Part shown: positions 26,274 through 33,775 of the stretch, piece after piece
How the letters are laid out: every line of letters begins with the position of its first letter
Numbering within the stretch: the first letter of the stretch is position 1
Source: a virus
Taxonomy: Duplodnaviria > Heunggongvirae > Uroviricota > Caudoviricetes
Length of the DNA stretch: 64,000 bases
Virus record (IMG/VR): IMGVR_UViG_3300017917_003521
Strand: one strand, 5' to 3'
Translations under genes and position numbers: made by a program
The notes under the pieces: generated by a model
What the model was told of the DNA's origin: nothing
Databases searched by the model: none
The model's input: only the letters and a program-made list of their open reading frames with translations

Positions 26274-26347
26274 CGGGAAGTGACTAAGGTTTTAAGCACG
26301 GGTGTTCTGGAGACATCAGTTAGTCGGTTCGATTCCGACCTTCCCGA
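26274..26347 (+). tRNA. Atypical tRNA-Pro (TGG; C33, A37)
   Basis: C1-G72, A73; GGTGT-TCTGGAG-ACATC. Confidence 0.6.
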
Positions 26348-26354
26348 CAAAAAT

Positions 26355-26426
26355 GGTCTAGTGGTGAAGTGGCTATCATATCTGCCTGTCACGCAGAAGT
26401 AGAGGGATCGAAACCCTTCTAGACCG
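26355..26426 (+). tRNA. tRNA-Asp (GTC), T loop ATCGAAA
   Basis: TCTGC-CTGTCAC-GCAGA, G73. Confidence 0.85.
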
Positions 26427-26488
26427 CACGAAGTATAATTGGATAGAAACGTACTCTTTAGGGAATAGAGTAAAATAATTCTCAAAAT

Positions 26489-26561
26489 GGTCTCGTGGTT
26501 GAATGGTTACAATACCACCCTGTCACGGTGCGAGGTGCGGGTTCGAGTCCCGTCGAGACCG
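26489..26561 (+). tRNA. tRNA-Asp (GTC)
   Basis: CCACC-CTGTCAC-GGTGC, G73. Confidence 0.88.
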
Positions 26562-26566
26562 CAAAA

Positions 26567-26656
26567 GGATTTATAGCTTAACTAGACGAAAATCGTCGCT
26601 GGTAGAGTAGCCCCGGTGCGTGGGGGAAGGTCTTGGTTCGAGTCCAGGTAGGTCCG
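26567..26656 (+). tRNA. tRNA-like RNA with D-loop hairpin insertion and non-canonical anticodon loop (GGTGCGT)
   Basis: GGATTTA/TAGGTCC acceptor, canonical T arm, G73. Confidence 0.5.
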
Positions 26657-26661
26657 CAAAA

Positions 26662-26735
26662 GGTTCGTTAGTAGAGTTGGTTACAATATCGCACTGTCAC
26701 TGCGAAGGTCACGGGTTCGAATCCCGTACGAACCG
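26662..26735 (+). tRNA. tRNA-Asp (GTC)
   Basis: TCGCA-CTGTCAC-TGCGA, G73. Confidence 0.92.
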
Positions 26736-26740
26736 CAAAA

Positions 26741-26812
26741 GGTCTTGTCGTCCAATGGTAGGATAGCCCGTTGTCTGCGGGATGGTTGCGGGTTCGAATC
26801 CCGTCAGGACCG
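26741..26812 (+). tRNA. tRNA-Asp (GTC), pyrimidine at 37
   Basis: CCCG-TTGTCTG-CGGG, G73. Confidence 0.75.
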
Positions 26813-26821
26813 CTAAAATTA

Positions 26822-26898
26822 CGAGATGTTGGGGAGCCCGGTCACCCCGCCTGCTTTGGGAGCAGGAGAACTCGCAGGTTCGAATCCTGCCATCTCGA
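26822..26898 (+). tRNA. tRNA-Pro (TGG)
   Basis: CCTGC-TTTGGGA-GCAGG, C1-G72. Confidence 0.9.
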
Positions 26899-26952
26899 CT
26901 ACTCAAAGATAGGGAGTCCGACATTTTTAATATATAAAATAAAAAATGTCGG

Positions 26953-27534
26953 ATGAACTTGAAAGAGGAAATTAAAAATTGTTATAGTGTATCAGATTTT
27001 TGTAGATTATTAAATTTATCACAAGGTGGTGGTGGATTTTCTAAAGCGAAAAAAATAATACAAGATAACAATCTGGATATATCACATTTTGATAAGGGTT
27101 ACTTGAAAAGACAAAAGAATCCTAAAATTGAAAAGGTTTGTCCAGTTTGTGATAAGAAATTTGAAACGGTTACTTGGAGCAATAGAAAAGAAAAAGTTAC
27201 TTGTTCTAAGTCGTGTGCTAACTCTTACTTTAGAAGTGGTGTTGATAACCCAAACTGGAAAGAAGAATCATACAGAACTACTTGTTTTTATTATCACAAA
27301 AAAGAATGTATAATATGTGGTGAGGAAAAAATTGTAGAGGTTCATCATATGGATGAAAATCATATGAATAATAAACCCGAAAATTTAGTACCTTTGTGTC
27401 CTACTCATCATCAATATTGGCACTCAAGATATAAAGAGGAAATAGAAGATAAAATATATAACTACATAAAAGAATTTAAAATGAGAACAACAACACAATA
27501 CCAGCAACAACAACAAATTAATCCAACGGATTGA
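26953..27534 (+). mobile_element. Free-standing HNH homing endonuclease; last 17 codons are the Gln leader peptide
   Basis: CPVC...CSKSC, CIICG..VEVHHMDENHMNNKPENLVPLCPTHH. Confidence 0.85.
27481..27534 (+). CDS. Leader peptide 5 MRTTTQYQQQQQINPTD (putative Gln attenuator)
   Basis: In-frame ATG after an A-rich stretch; CAA-TAC-CAG-CAA-CAA-CAA-CAA. Confidence 0.8.
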   Translation: MRTTTQYQQQQQINPTD

Positions 27535-27559
27535 TAACGGTATTGTATTGTCAAAATTC

Positions 27560-27596
27560 AAACCCGAATCAATTCAAATTGGTTCGGGTTTTTTTT
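27560..27596 (+). terminator. Intrinsic terminator/attenuator before tRNA-Gln x3 and glnS
   Basis: AAACCCGAATCAAT-TCAA-ATTGGTTCGGGTTT plus U-tract. Confidence 0.85.
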
Positions 27597-27598
27597 AT

Positions 27599-27669
27599 TG
27601 TCTTATAGTGTAACGGCAGCACAAGAGATTTTGACTCTCTTAGTCTAGGTTCGAATCCTAGTGAGACAA
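27599..27669 (+). tRNA. tRNA-Gln (TTG)
   Basis: AGAGA-TTTTGAC-TCTCT, U1-A72. Confidence 0.92.
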
Positions 27670-27675
27670 CAACAT

Positions 27676-27747
27676 TGCTCTATAGTATATGGGTTATCAT
27701 ATCTGTCTTTGAAACAGATGAACTTGGTTCGAGTCCAAGTGGAGCAA
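27676..27747 (+). tRNA. tRNA-Gln (TTG)
   Basis: TCTGT-CTTTGAA-ACAGA, U1-A72. Confidence 0.88.
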
Positions 27748-27754
27748 CAAACAA

Positions 27755-27825
27755 TGCCTCGTAGTGTAATGGCAACACAGAAGATTTTGACTCTTCTATT
27801 CTAGGTTCGAGTCCTAGCGAGGCAA
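27755..27825 (+). tRNA. tRNA-Gln (TTG)
   Basis: GAAGA-TTTTGAC-TCTTC, U1-A72. Confidence 0.92.
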
Positions 27826-27854
27826 CTAAAAATAACATAAAAGATATAAATACT

Positions 27855-29459
27855 ATGAATTTCATTGAAGAAAAAATATTAGATAAAGGTAATCTTGATA
27901 AATTAACTTTAAGATTCCCACCAGAGCCAAATGGTTATTTACATATTGGTCACGCTAAATCCATTATCTTAAATTTTGGATTGGCTGAAAAATATAATAG
28001 ACCTTGTAACTTGAGATTTGATGATACAAATCCAACTACTGAAGATACACATTTTGTTGAATCTATAATAAAAGATATAGAATGGTTAGGCTACAAGCCT
28101 GCTAATATTTTCTATACATCTGATTACTTTGAATTTATTTACAAATGTGCTGTTACTTTAATTAAGAAAGGTCTAGCTTATGTTGATGATTCAACATCTG
28201 AAGAAATTGCTAACTTAAAAGGAACACCCACAGTTGCTGGTAAAGATTCACCATACAAGTCAAGAACTATTGAAGAAAACTTAGATCTATTTAATAGAAT
28301 GAGATTAGGTGAATTTGTTGAAGGTTCTAAAATTCTTAGAGCTAACATTGATATGGCTTCTCCTAATATGATTTTAAGAGATCCTGTTATTTATAGAATA
28401 ATATCTAAGTCACATCATAGAACTGGTGATACTTGGAAGATTTATCCAATGTATGATTTTGCTCATCCTTTAAGTGATTATAACGAAGGTATTACTGATT
28501 CTTTATGTACTTTAGAATTTGAAGTTCATAGACCTTTATATATGTGGGTCTTAGAAAATTGTGATTTAGAAAATCCTTTACCAGAAGAAACTGAGTTTGC
28601 TCGTTTGAACATTGACTATACAGTTATGTCAAAGAGAAAGTTAAAGAGATTAGTTGAAGAATCTTATGTTGATGGTTGGGATGATCCAAGAATGCCTACT
28701 ATCTCTGGATTAAGAAGAAGAGGTTATACACCAAGTGCTATTAAAGATTTTTGTGATAGAATTTCTGTTACTAGAAAAGATGGTGTTGTTTCTTATTCTT
28801 TACTTGAAGAATGTCTAAGAACCGAATTGAATAAGACTGCTCCAAGATTAATGGGTGTCATGGATCCTGTTAAGTTAGTTGTTACTAATTTTGAAGGTGA
28901 AGGATATTGTGAAATTGACAATAATCCAGAAGATGAAAATGCTGGTAAAAGAAAAGTTTCTTATTGTAATGAATTTTGGATTGAAAAAGAAGATTTCAGA
29001 GAAGAAGCCAATAACAAATATCACAGATTAAAGTTAGGTGGTGAAGTTAGATTAAAAGGATTGTTTATAGTTAAAGCCAATGAAATAATTAAAGATGAAA
29101 ACGGTGAAATTATAGAAATCAGATGTACTTATGACCACGATGCTTGGATTGGTGTTACTGAAAAGAGGGTTAAAGGTACTATTCACTGGGTTTCTGTTAA
29201 CCACGGAGTTAAGATGAAAGTAAACGATTATGATAGATTATTTATCAATAGTTCACCAGACAAAGGAGATGAAGATTTTACAACTCATGTCAATCCTAAC
29301 TCATTAGTTATTAATGATAATGCTATCTTTGAGGAAAATGTAAAAGATTGTAAAGTAGGTGTGCCTGTTCAAATGATGAGAAAAGGTTACTATGTTTTAG
29401 ATAAAGATGGTAAGTCTTGGAACAGAACTGTAAGTTTGAAAGAAGGATGGGTAGGTTAA
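27855..29459 (+). CDS. glnS: Glutaminyl-tRNA synthetase
   Basis: RFPPEPNGYLHIGHAKS, RFDDTNP, IYPMYDFAH, CTLEF, MSKRKL, KGTIHWVS. Confidence 0.96.
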   Translation: MNFIEEKILDKGNLDKLTLRFPPEPNGYLHIGHAKSIILNFGLAEKYNRPCNLRFDDTNPTTEDTHFVESIIKDIEWLGYKPANIFYTSDYFEFIYKCAVTLIKKGLAYVDDSTSEEIANLKGTPTVAGKDSPYKSRTIEENLDLFNRMRLGEFVEGSKILRANIDMASPNMILRDPVIYRIISKSHHRTGDTWKIYPMYDFAHPLSDYNEGITDSLCTLEFEVHRPLYMWVLENCDLENPLPEETEFARLNIDYTVMSKRKLKRLVEESYVDGWDDPRMPTISGLRRRGYTPSAIKDFCDRISVTRKDGVVSYSLLEECLRTELNKTAPRLMGVMDPVKLVVTNFEGEGYCEIDNNPEDENAGKRKVSYCNEFWIEKEDFREEANNKYHRLKLGGEVRLKGLFIVKANEIIKDENGEIIEIRCTYDHDAWIGVTEKRVKGTIHWVSVNHGVKMKVNDYDRLFINSSPDKGDEDFTTHVNPNSLVINDNAIFEENVKDCKVGVPVQMMRKGYYVLDKDGKSWNRTVSLKEGWVG

Positions 29460-29851
29460 ATAGCCTCCCATCTTCCATCTGATAGAAATCTATAAGAACC
29501 TATAAATTCAAATTTATTCCATTGATCTGGTGATATTAAAGAAATTAACTCTTCGCCAGATTCTTTTTTATATAAATGATAAGTTTCACCGGATATTGGT
29601 TCAAAATTATGACTTGCATTATAGAGTCTTTCATTCATTTTAATTTCAGACATTAACTTTTCATACTCTTTAGTCATTTCTTCAAATTTTGAAGAATAGT
29701 ATTTTTTTATTTTAGAAGTTTTTTCCTTCTTAAAAAGACTAATGTTATCGGGTTCAAATTTTGGCGCGCCTACTTCCGTTGGATAGGCTTTAATCATCCT
29801 ATTTTCAACAAAACTGTCAGGCATTTTCTTTTTCTCCATACACTTATACAT
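29456..29851 (-). CDS. DUF2452-like protein
   Basis: YPTEVGAPKFEP ... FEPISGETYHLY ... LISLISP.QW. Confidence 0.7.
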   Translation of the reverse strand: MYKCMEKKKMPDSFVENRMIKAYPTEVGAPKFEPDNISLFKKEKTSKIKKYYSSKFEEMTKEYEKLMSEIKMNERLYNASHNFEPISGETYHLYKKESGEELISLISPDQWNKFEFIGSYRFLSDGRWEAI

Positions 29852-29953
29852 ATAAGTAATAATATTGTTTATAAAATGATATCATGATGTTTCATGAATT
29901 AAATTTTATTATATTGAATTTTTTTTACTATATTTGTATAATATATAATTGAC

Positions 29954-30409
29954 ATGCTCTGCGTATATAAATTTAACTTTACTAAGTCTCCATTTGACTT
30001 AAATGATGACTATGACAGACTATCTGACATAGACAAGGAGAAGATTGCAGATATGGAAGCAGAATCATTTATAGATTATGAAGAAGATAATAACTATTCA
30101 TTTTTTATTATTGCTGAACCAACAGAAATTAAAAAATACACAAATGTTTTAGATGAGAATCTAATTAGTTATCGAATGAAAGATGTATCAAGTGAAATAC
30201 TAAATGGTACTTTTAAAGTAGAGGACTATATATCAGATAAAAGTATTATTTCTTTTAATTCATTAAAATATTCATTTTTTATTGATGATTTAAATGAATG
30301 GATATACAACAATTTAGATATTGATACTATATTAGATAGGATATCTTCAGTTGGAATGAAATCTCTAACAAATATTGAAAAAGAATTTCTTAAAAATTAT
30401 AATTTATGA
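29954..30409 (+). CDS. Hypothetical protein
   Basis: C-terminal LDIDTILDRIS..GM.SLT..EKEFL. Confidence 0.6.
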   Translation: MLCVYKFNFTKSPFDLNDDYDRLSDIDKEKIADMEAESFIDYEEDNNYSFFIIAEPTEIKKYTNVLDENLISYRMKDVSSEILNGTFKVEDYISDKSIISFNSLKYSFFIDDLNEWIYNNLDIDTILDRISSVGMKSLTNIEKEFLKNYNL

Positions 30410-30585
30410 AAAAAATAAAAGAACTAAGAGCTAGATTTACAAGAAGTTGGGCTCAACCAATGGCTGACTTTTTAATTGAAAGATTGGAAAAGTCAGTAGA
30501 AGAACAAGAATTTGAAACTTGGTTCACAATGGCATTGCATTTGGACCTTTATTGTACAAACAAAGGAATCTATTTAAATTAAACA

Positions 30586-30999
30586 ATGAATTTATTTTTA
30601 GACGACATCAGAATTCCTGGAATGTCACACAACGAAACTAGAGGATTAGGAATAGATTATTTACCTACTGATAAGTGGGTAATAGCTCGTGACTATTTTA
30701 AATTTATCGAAATTGTTAATAAACATTTTGATGAAATAAAATTAGTTTCATTTGATCATGATTTGGCTTGTGTTAAAGATGGAAAAGAATATACTGGAAA
30801 AGATGCGGTTGATTATTTAATTAACTACTGTTTGGATAATGATAAAAATTTTCCAGATTGGTATGCTCACACTGACAACACATCTGGTCGTCAAAATATT
30901 ATTGGTGCTATTACTTCTTACTTAAAAAGAGTAGAAGGTAAAGACCTATCTGATTTTAGATACTATCATAACGGAATTGTTAAAAACAAATTTGTATGA
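30586..30999 (+). CDS. Cyclic-phosphate-processing receiver-like domain protein
   Basis: LFLDDIR, ARDY..F, VSFDHDL, TGKDAV..L. Confidence 0.7.
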   Translation: MNLFLDDIRIPGMSHNETRGLGIDYLPTDKWVIARDYFKFIEIVNKHFDEIKLVSFDHDLACVKDGKEYTGKDAVDYLINYCLDNDKNFPDWYAHTDNTSGRQNIIGAITSYLKRVEGKDLSDFRYYHNGIVKNKFV

Positions 31000-31298
31000 C
31001 ATTTATTGAAAGACACTTAATTCAAAAAATCAACGATCAAATTAAACAAAAGCAATCTGTGCTAAAGCACGAACATTTTTATTGGTTTGATGAACCAATA
31101 AAACATAATAAAAAAGTCATAGATCGTATCAATAGATGGAATCCATATTATAAAGATGAGATTTTACCTTCTAGTTGGTATTCTTTTAGTGGAAGTGTTT
31201 TAAGAGAAATATTTTTTAAATTAAAAAATAATGACTTTTACATCTATAAGAAGTTAGATGATGGTAAAAGTTACAAAACAAGAATAAAAAAGAAGTGA
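30996..31298 (+). CDS. Hypothetical protein
   Basis: ORF track; translational coupling. Confidence 0.55.
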   Translation: MTFIERHLIQKINDQIKQKQSVLKHEHFYWFDEPIKHNKKVIDRINRWNPYYKDEILPSSWYSFSGSVLREIFFKLKNNDFYIYKKLDDGKSYKTRIKKK

Positions 31299-32011
31299 AA
31301 ATAAGAGGATTCAATTTTAAGTATTGCACTGAGTATGATTACGACTCACATCGTGACTGTTATAGTCATGGTTGTGATGATGAAGGTATTTGTCGTTGTA
31401 GTACAATTGAAAATGCTCATATCATTTCTGTTGATGTTACTAAGATGGTAACAGATATCAGAGAAGAATATTTTGATAATTCACAAGCATCTATAAGAAA
31501 CTCTAAAATAAACTCTGTTCTAGGTAATATCACAAATGATATTGACACATATACTATTGATAGAATTTTAAGAATCAATGGTGCGTATGAACCTTCTAAT
31601 TGGGAGATTCAAATTTGCGGTGGATATTATGGTCAAGAAATTGATGATATTATTCTTGAAGATTTTGTTGCTTCTAAAATTGAAAAACAATTAGAAGAAG
31701 CATTTGAGATAAATGATCTTACAAAAAGAATTGAGTATCTTCTAAAACTAGAATACGGTTACATTTTACCAGAATTAAAAGACTGTAAATATGAAGTAGA
31801 TACTGTTCTAAGAGATAAAATAATATTTGGTAGCAAAAACCAACATAAAAAAGTAGCTACTGAAAAATTATCACATTACTCGGATAAGAACTACGATTCT
31901 TATCGTGGTATTGTTATACCTAAAGATGATGAATATCGCTTAATTGATGGTTACCATAGATGTTTTGCTTCTGAAAATATGAGAGTTGAGGTTATAAAAG
32001 CTATTAAATAG
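31295..32011 (+). CDS. Hypothetical protein with C-terminal ParB/Srx-like motif
   Basis: YRLIDGYHR. Confidence 0.5.
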   Translation: MKIRGFNFKYCTEYDYDSHRDCYSHGCDDEGICRCSTIENAHIISVDVTKMVTDIREEYFDNSQASIRNSKINSVLGNITNDIDTYTIDRILRINGAYEPSNWEIQICGGYYGQEIDDIILEDFVASKIEKQLEEAFEINDLTKRIEYLLKLEYGYILPELKDCKYEVDTVLRDKIIFGSKNQHKKVATEKLSHYSDKNYDSYRGIVIPKDDEYRLIDGYHRCFASENMRVEVIKAIK

Positions 32012-32192
32012 CCAGGATATATCCTCCCCTGTTTATAAATTCAGACCAACCACCTGACCAGTTTTCTACTTCATTATTATCTAACCATTGAATTTGAGAA
32101 AAATATTCGTCTAATAAAATTCCATTTCTACCATTTAACTCAACATTATCACCTTTAATAGGTGTATAGCCTGTATCATTAATTTGTCTCAT
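32004..32192 (-). CDS. Small hypothetical protein
   Basis: ORF track. Confidence 0.45.
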   Translation of the reverse strand: MRQINDTGYTPIKGDNVELNGRNGILLDEYFSQIQWLDNNEVENWSGGWSEFINRGGYILAI

Positions 32193-32201
32193 TTTAATAT
32201 T

Positions 32202-33293
32202 TTATTTTATATAAACAGCGTATGTTTTAATATCAGTTCTTTGTGAGGTTGAGGATGTAGAAACGTTTGCCATACCATAAATATTGTTACTGCTAATATT
32301 TGTCCAAGAACCTGAACCCTGAGCATTTCCACTTCTTCCTTGTGGATCTGGATAAGCAGTTGAAGGACCACAAACTGTCCACCAAACTTGACCGGACTGA
32401 TAAATCCAATCACCTGGTGCATTAACATTGAGTGATCCAGTCATTAGGGTATGACCTTTAATTCCTGACCAACTACCACCCATTGGTGTGTTGTTTGCAA
32501 GAACAGCACTTTGTGTTGATGAGAATGTTCTACTTATTATTAAGTTTCCTGGATTATTATAAACTACTTTGTTTGCTATTTCCATTCCAGATAATAATGG
32601 TATAACCGATGCTGTAGTCGAAGCCATCTTCATAACTTGAGTACACTGATAAACTCCATTATTGTACCAAATATCTTGAACATCAACATTAAATTTACTT
32701 GAGAATGATCCTGATGTGTAGCTCCAAACATTAGGATAAGGAACGCCCGAAGTAACTGTATTTGTTGGGTTGTAAGATATCAGCATCCAACCACCACCTT
32801 CATCCACCATGTTACAATATACTTGTTTAGGAGAAGCCATTGTTGATGTTTTAATATAATACCAACCTGATGTGGTTTGACCGGAGTTATAAATAGCTTG
32901 AGCACTTACAGCAGGATTTGCTAAAGTACCTAGTGTTGATGATGAACCATCATAGGACGTATAATAACCATTTGTATTTAACCACTCAGCAGCAACAGAT
33001 GCTGTTAAAAAAGATTGACCTGTTACATTTTGAACTAAAAATAAAAACTCATCATCTGATTTTATAGGTGTTCTTCTGAATCCAACGGCAGGCGATGATA
33101 TAAGAACGCCCTTTGTTTTTCTATTTGAAGATGAATCAGTATAACCAATAACATAACCTACACTTTCATCTGGTCCATTCCACCAAGTAACATTTCCACC
33201 ACCTTTTGAGTTATTTGAAACTGCTAAATTTCCAGATTGACTAGCTCCTGGTATACTAGCTCCTGAATTATATGCAAATAATCTTCCTGACAT
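32202..33293 (-). CDS. Virion-associated protein with fibrinogen-related (FReD-like) domain
   Basis: SGWYYI...QVYCNMVDEGGGWMLI; late-type motif upstream. Confidence 0.7.
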   Translation of the reverse strand: MSGRLFAYNSGASIPGASQSGNLAVSNNSKGGGNVTWWNGPDESVGYVIGYTDSSSNRKTKGVLISSPAVGFRRTPIKSDDEFLFLVQNVTGQSFLTASVAAEWLNTNGYYTSYDGSSSTLGTLANPAVSAQAIYNSGQTTSGWYYIKTSTMASPKQVYCNMVDEGGGWMLISYNPTNTVTSGVPYPNVWSYTSGSFSSKFNVDVQDIWYNNGVYQCTQVMKMASTTASVIPLLSGMEIANKVVYNNPGNLIISRTFSSTQSAVLANNTPMGGSWSGIKGHTLMTGSLNVNAPGDWIYQSGQVWWTVCGPSTAYPDPQGRSGNAQGSGSWTNISSNNIYGMANVSTSSTSQRTDIKTYAVYIK

Positions 33294-33310
33294 AAACTAT
33301 ATATTAGTTT

Positions 33311-33775
33311 TTGATTATAACAACTATGATAGATTTTTTCCAAAATGGAAGTCAGTTAGGAATTACCATATCCGGTATTAGTGGTGGTTTATTATTATTT
33401 TACATTATTATAGAAATATGTCTATTAATAGTAACAGGAACATTATTATGGAGAAAGATTTTAATAGGATTTAGAGTTTGGAGAAATATAAATAGAGTTA
33501 TACCAAGTTGGTGGAAAGTTAATAAAATTTCTCTTATAACAATTTCTAAGAAAAAAAATAATCTTTTAGATTGGAATTATGAATGTTATGTATCTGTCTC
33601 ATCAAAGTGTGTTGATGGTCTTTGGACTAACGATTTTGTTAAAACAAATAGTTGGGGTAAGATTATAAAATCTAATATATTAGATAATATAAATTCTTTA
33701 GATATTAAGAATGAGTATATTATAAAACAATATAATAGAGATTCTATTTTAGAAGAATTAGGAATTAATAATTAA
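33311..33775 (+). CDS. Membrane protein, C-terminal NRDSILEELGI
   Basis: N-terminal hydrophobic helix. Confidence 0.55.
   Translation: MIITTMIDFFQNGSQLGITISGISGGLLLFYIIIEICLLIVTGTLLWRKILIGFRVWRNINRVIPSWWKVNKISLITISKKKNNLLDWNYECYVSVSSKCVDGLWTNDFVKTNSWGKIIKSNILDNINSLDIKNEYIIKQYNRDSILEELGINN

Noticed and set aside
26430-26482. Possible remnant tRNA-Pro(AGG) (TACTCT/AGAGTA hairpin after a D-loop-like stretch)
   Set aside because: No T arm or acceptor stem; too little evidence.
6758-27596. T-box riboswitch control of the tRNA/synthetase blocks
   Set aside because: No T-box consensus (AAUUNAGGUGGNACC) or long Stem I is visible; short ORF plus terminator fits ribosome-mediated attenuation better.
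26183-27865. Track ORFs 26183-26485, 26709-26924, 26771-26956, 27128-27313 and 27680-27865
   Set aside because: They overlap tRNA genes or lie out of frame within the HNH gene.
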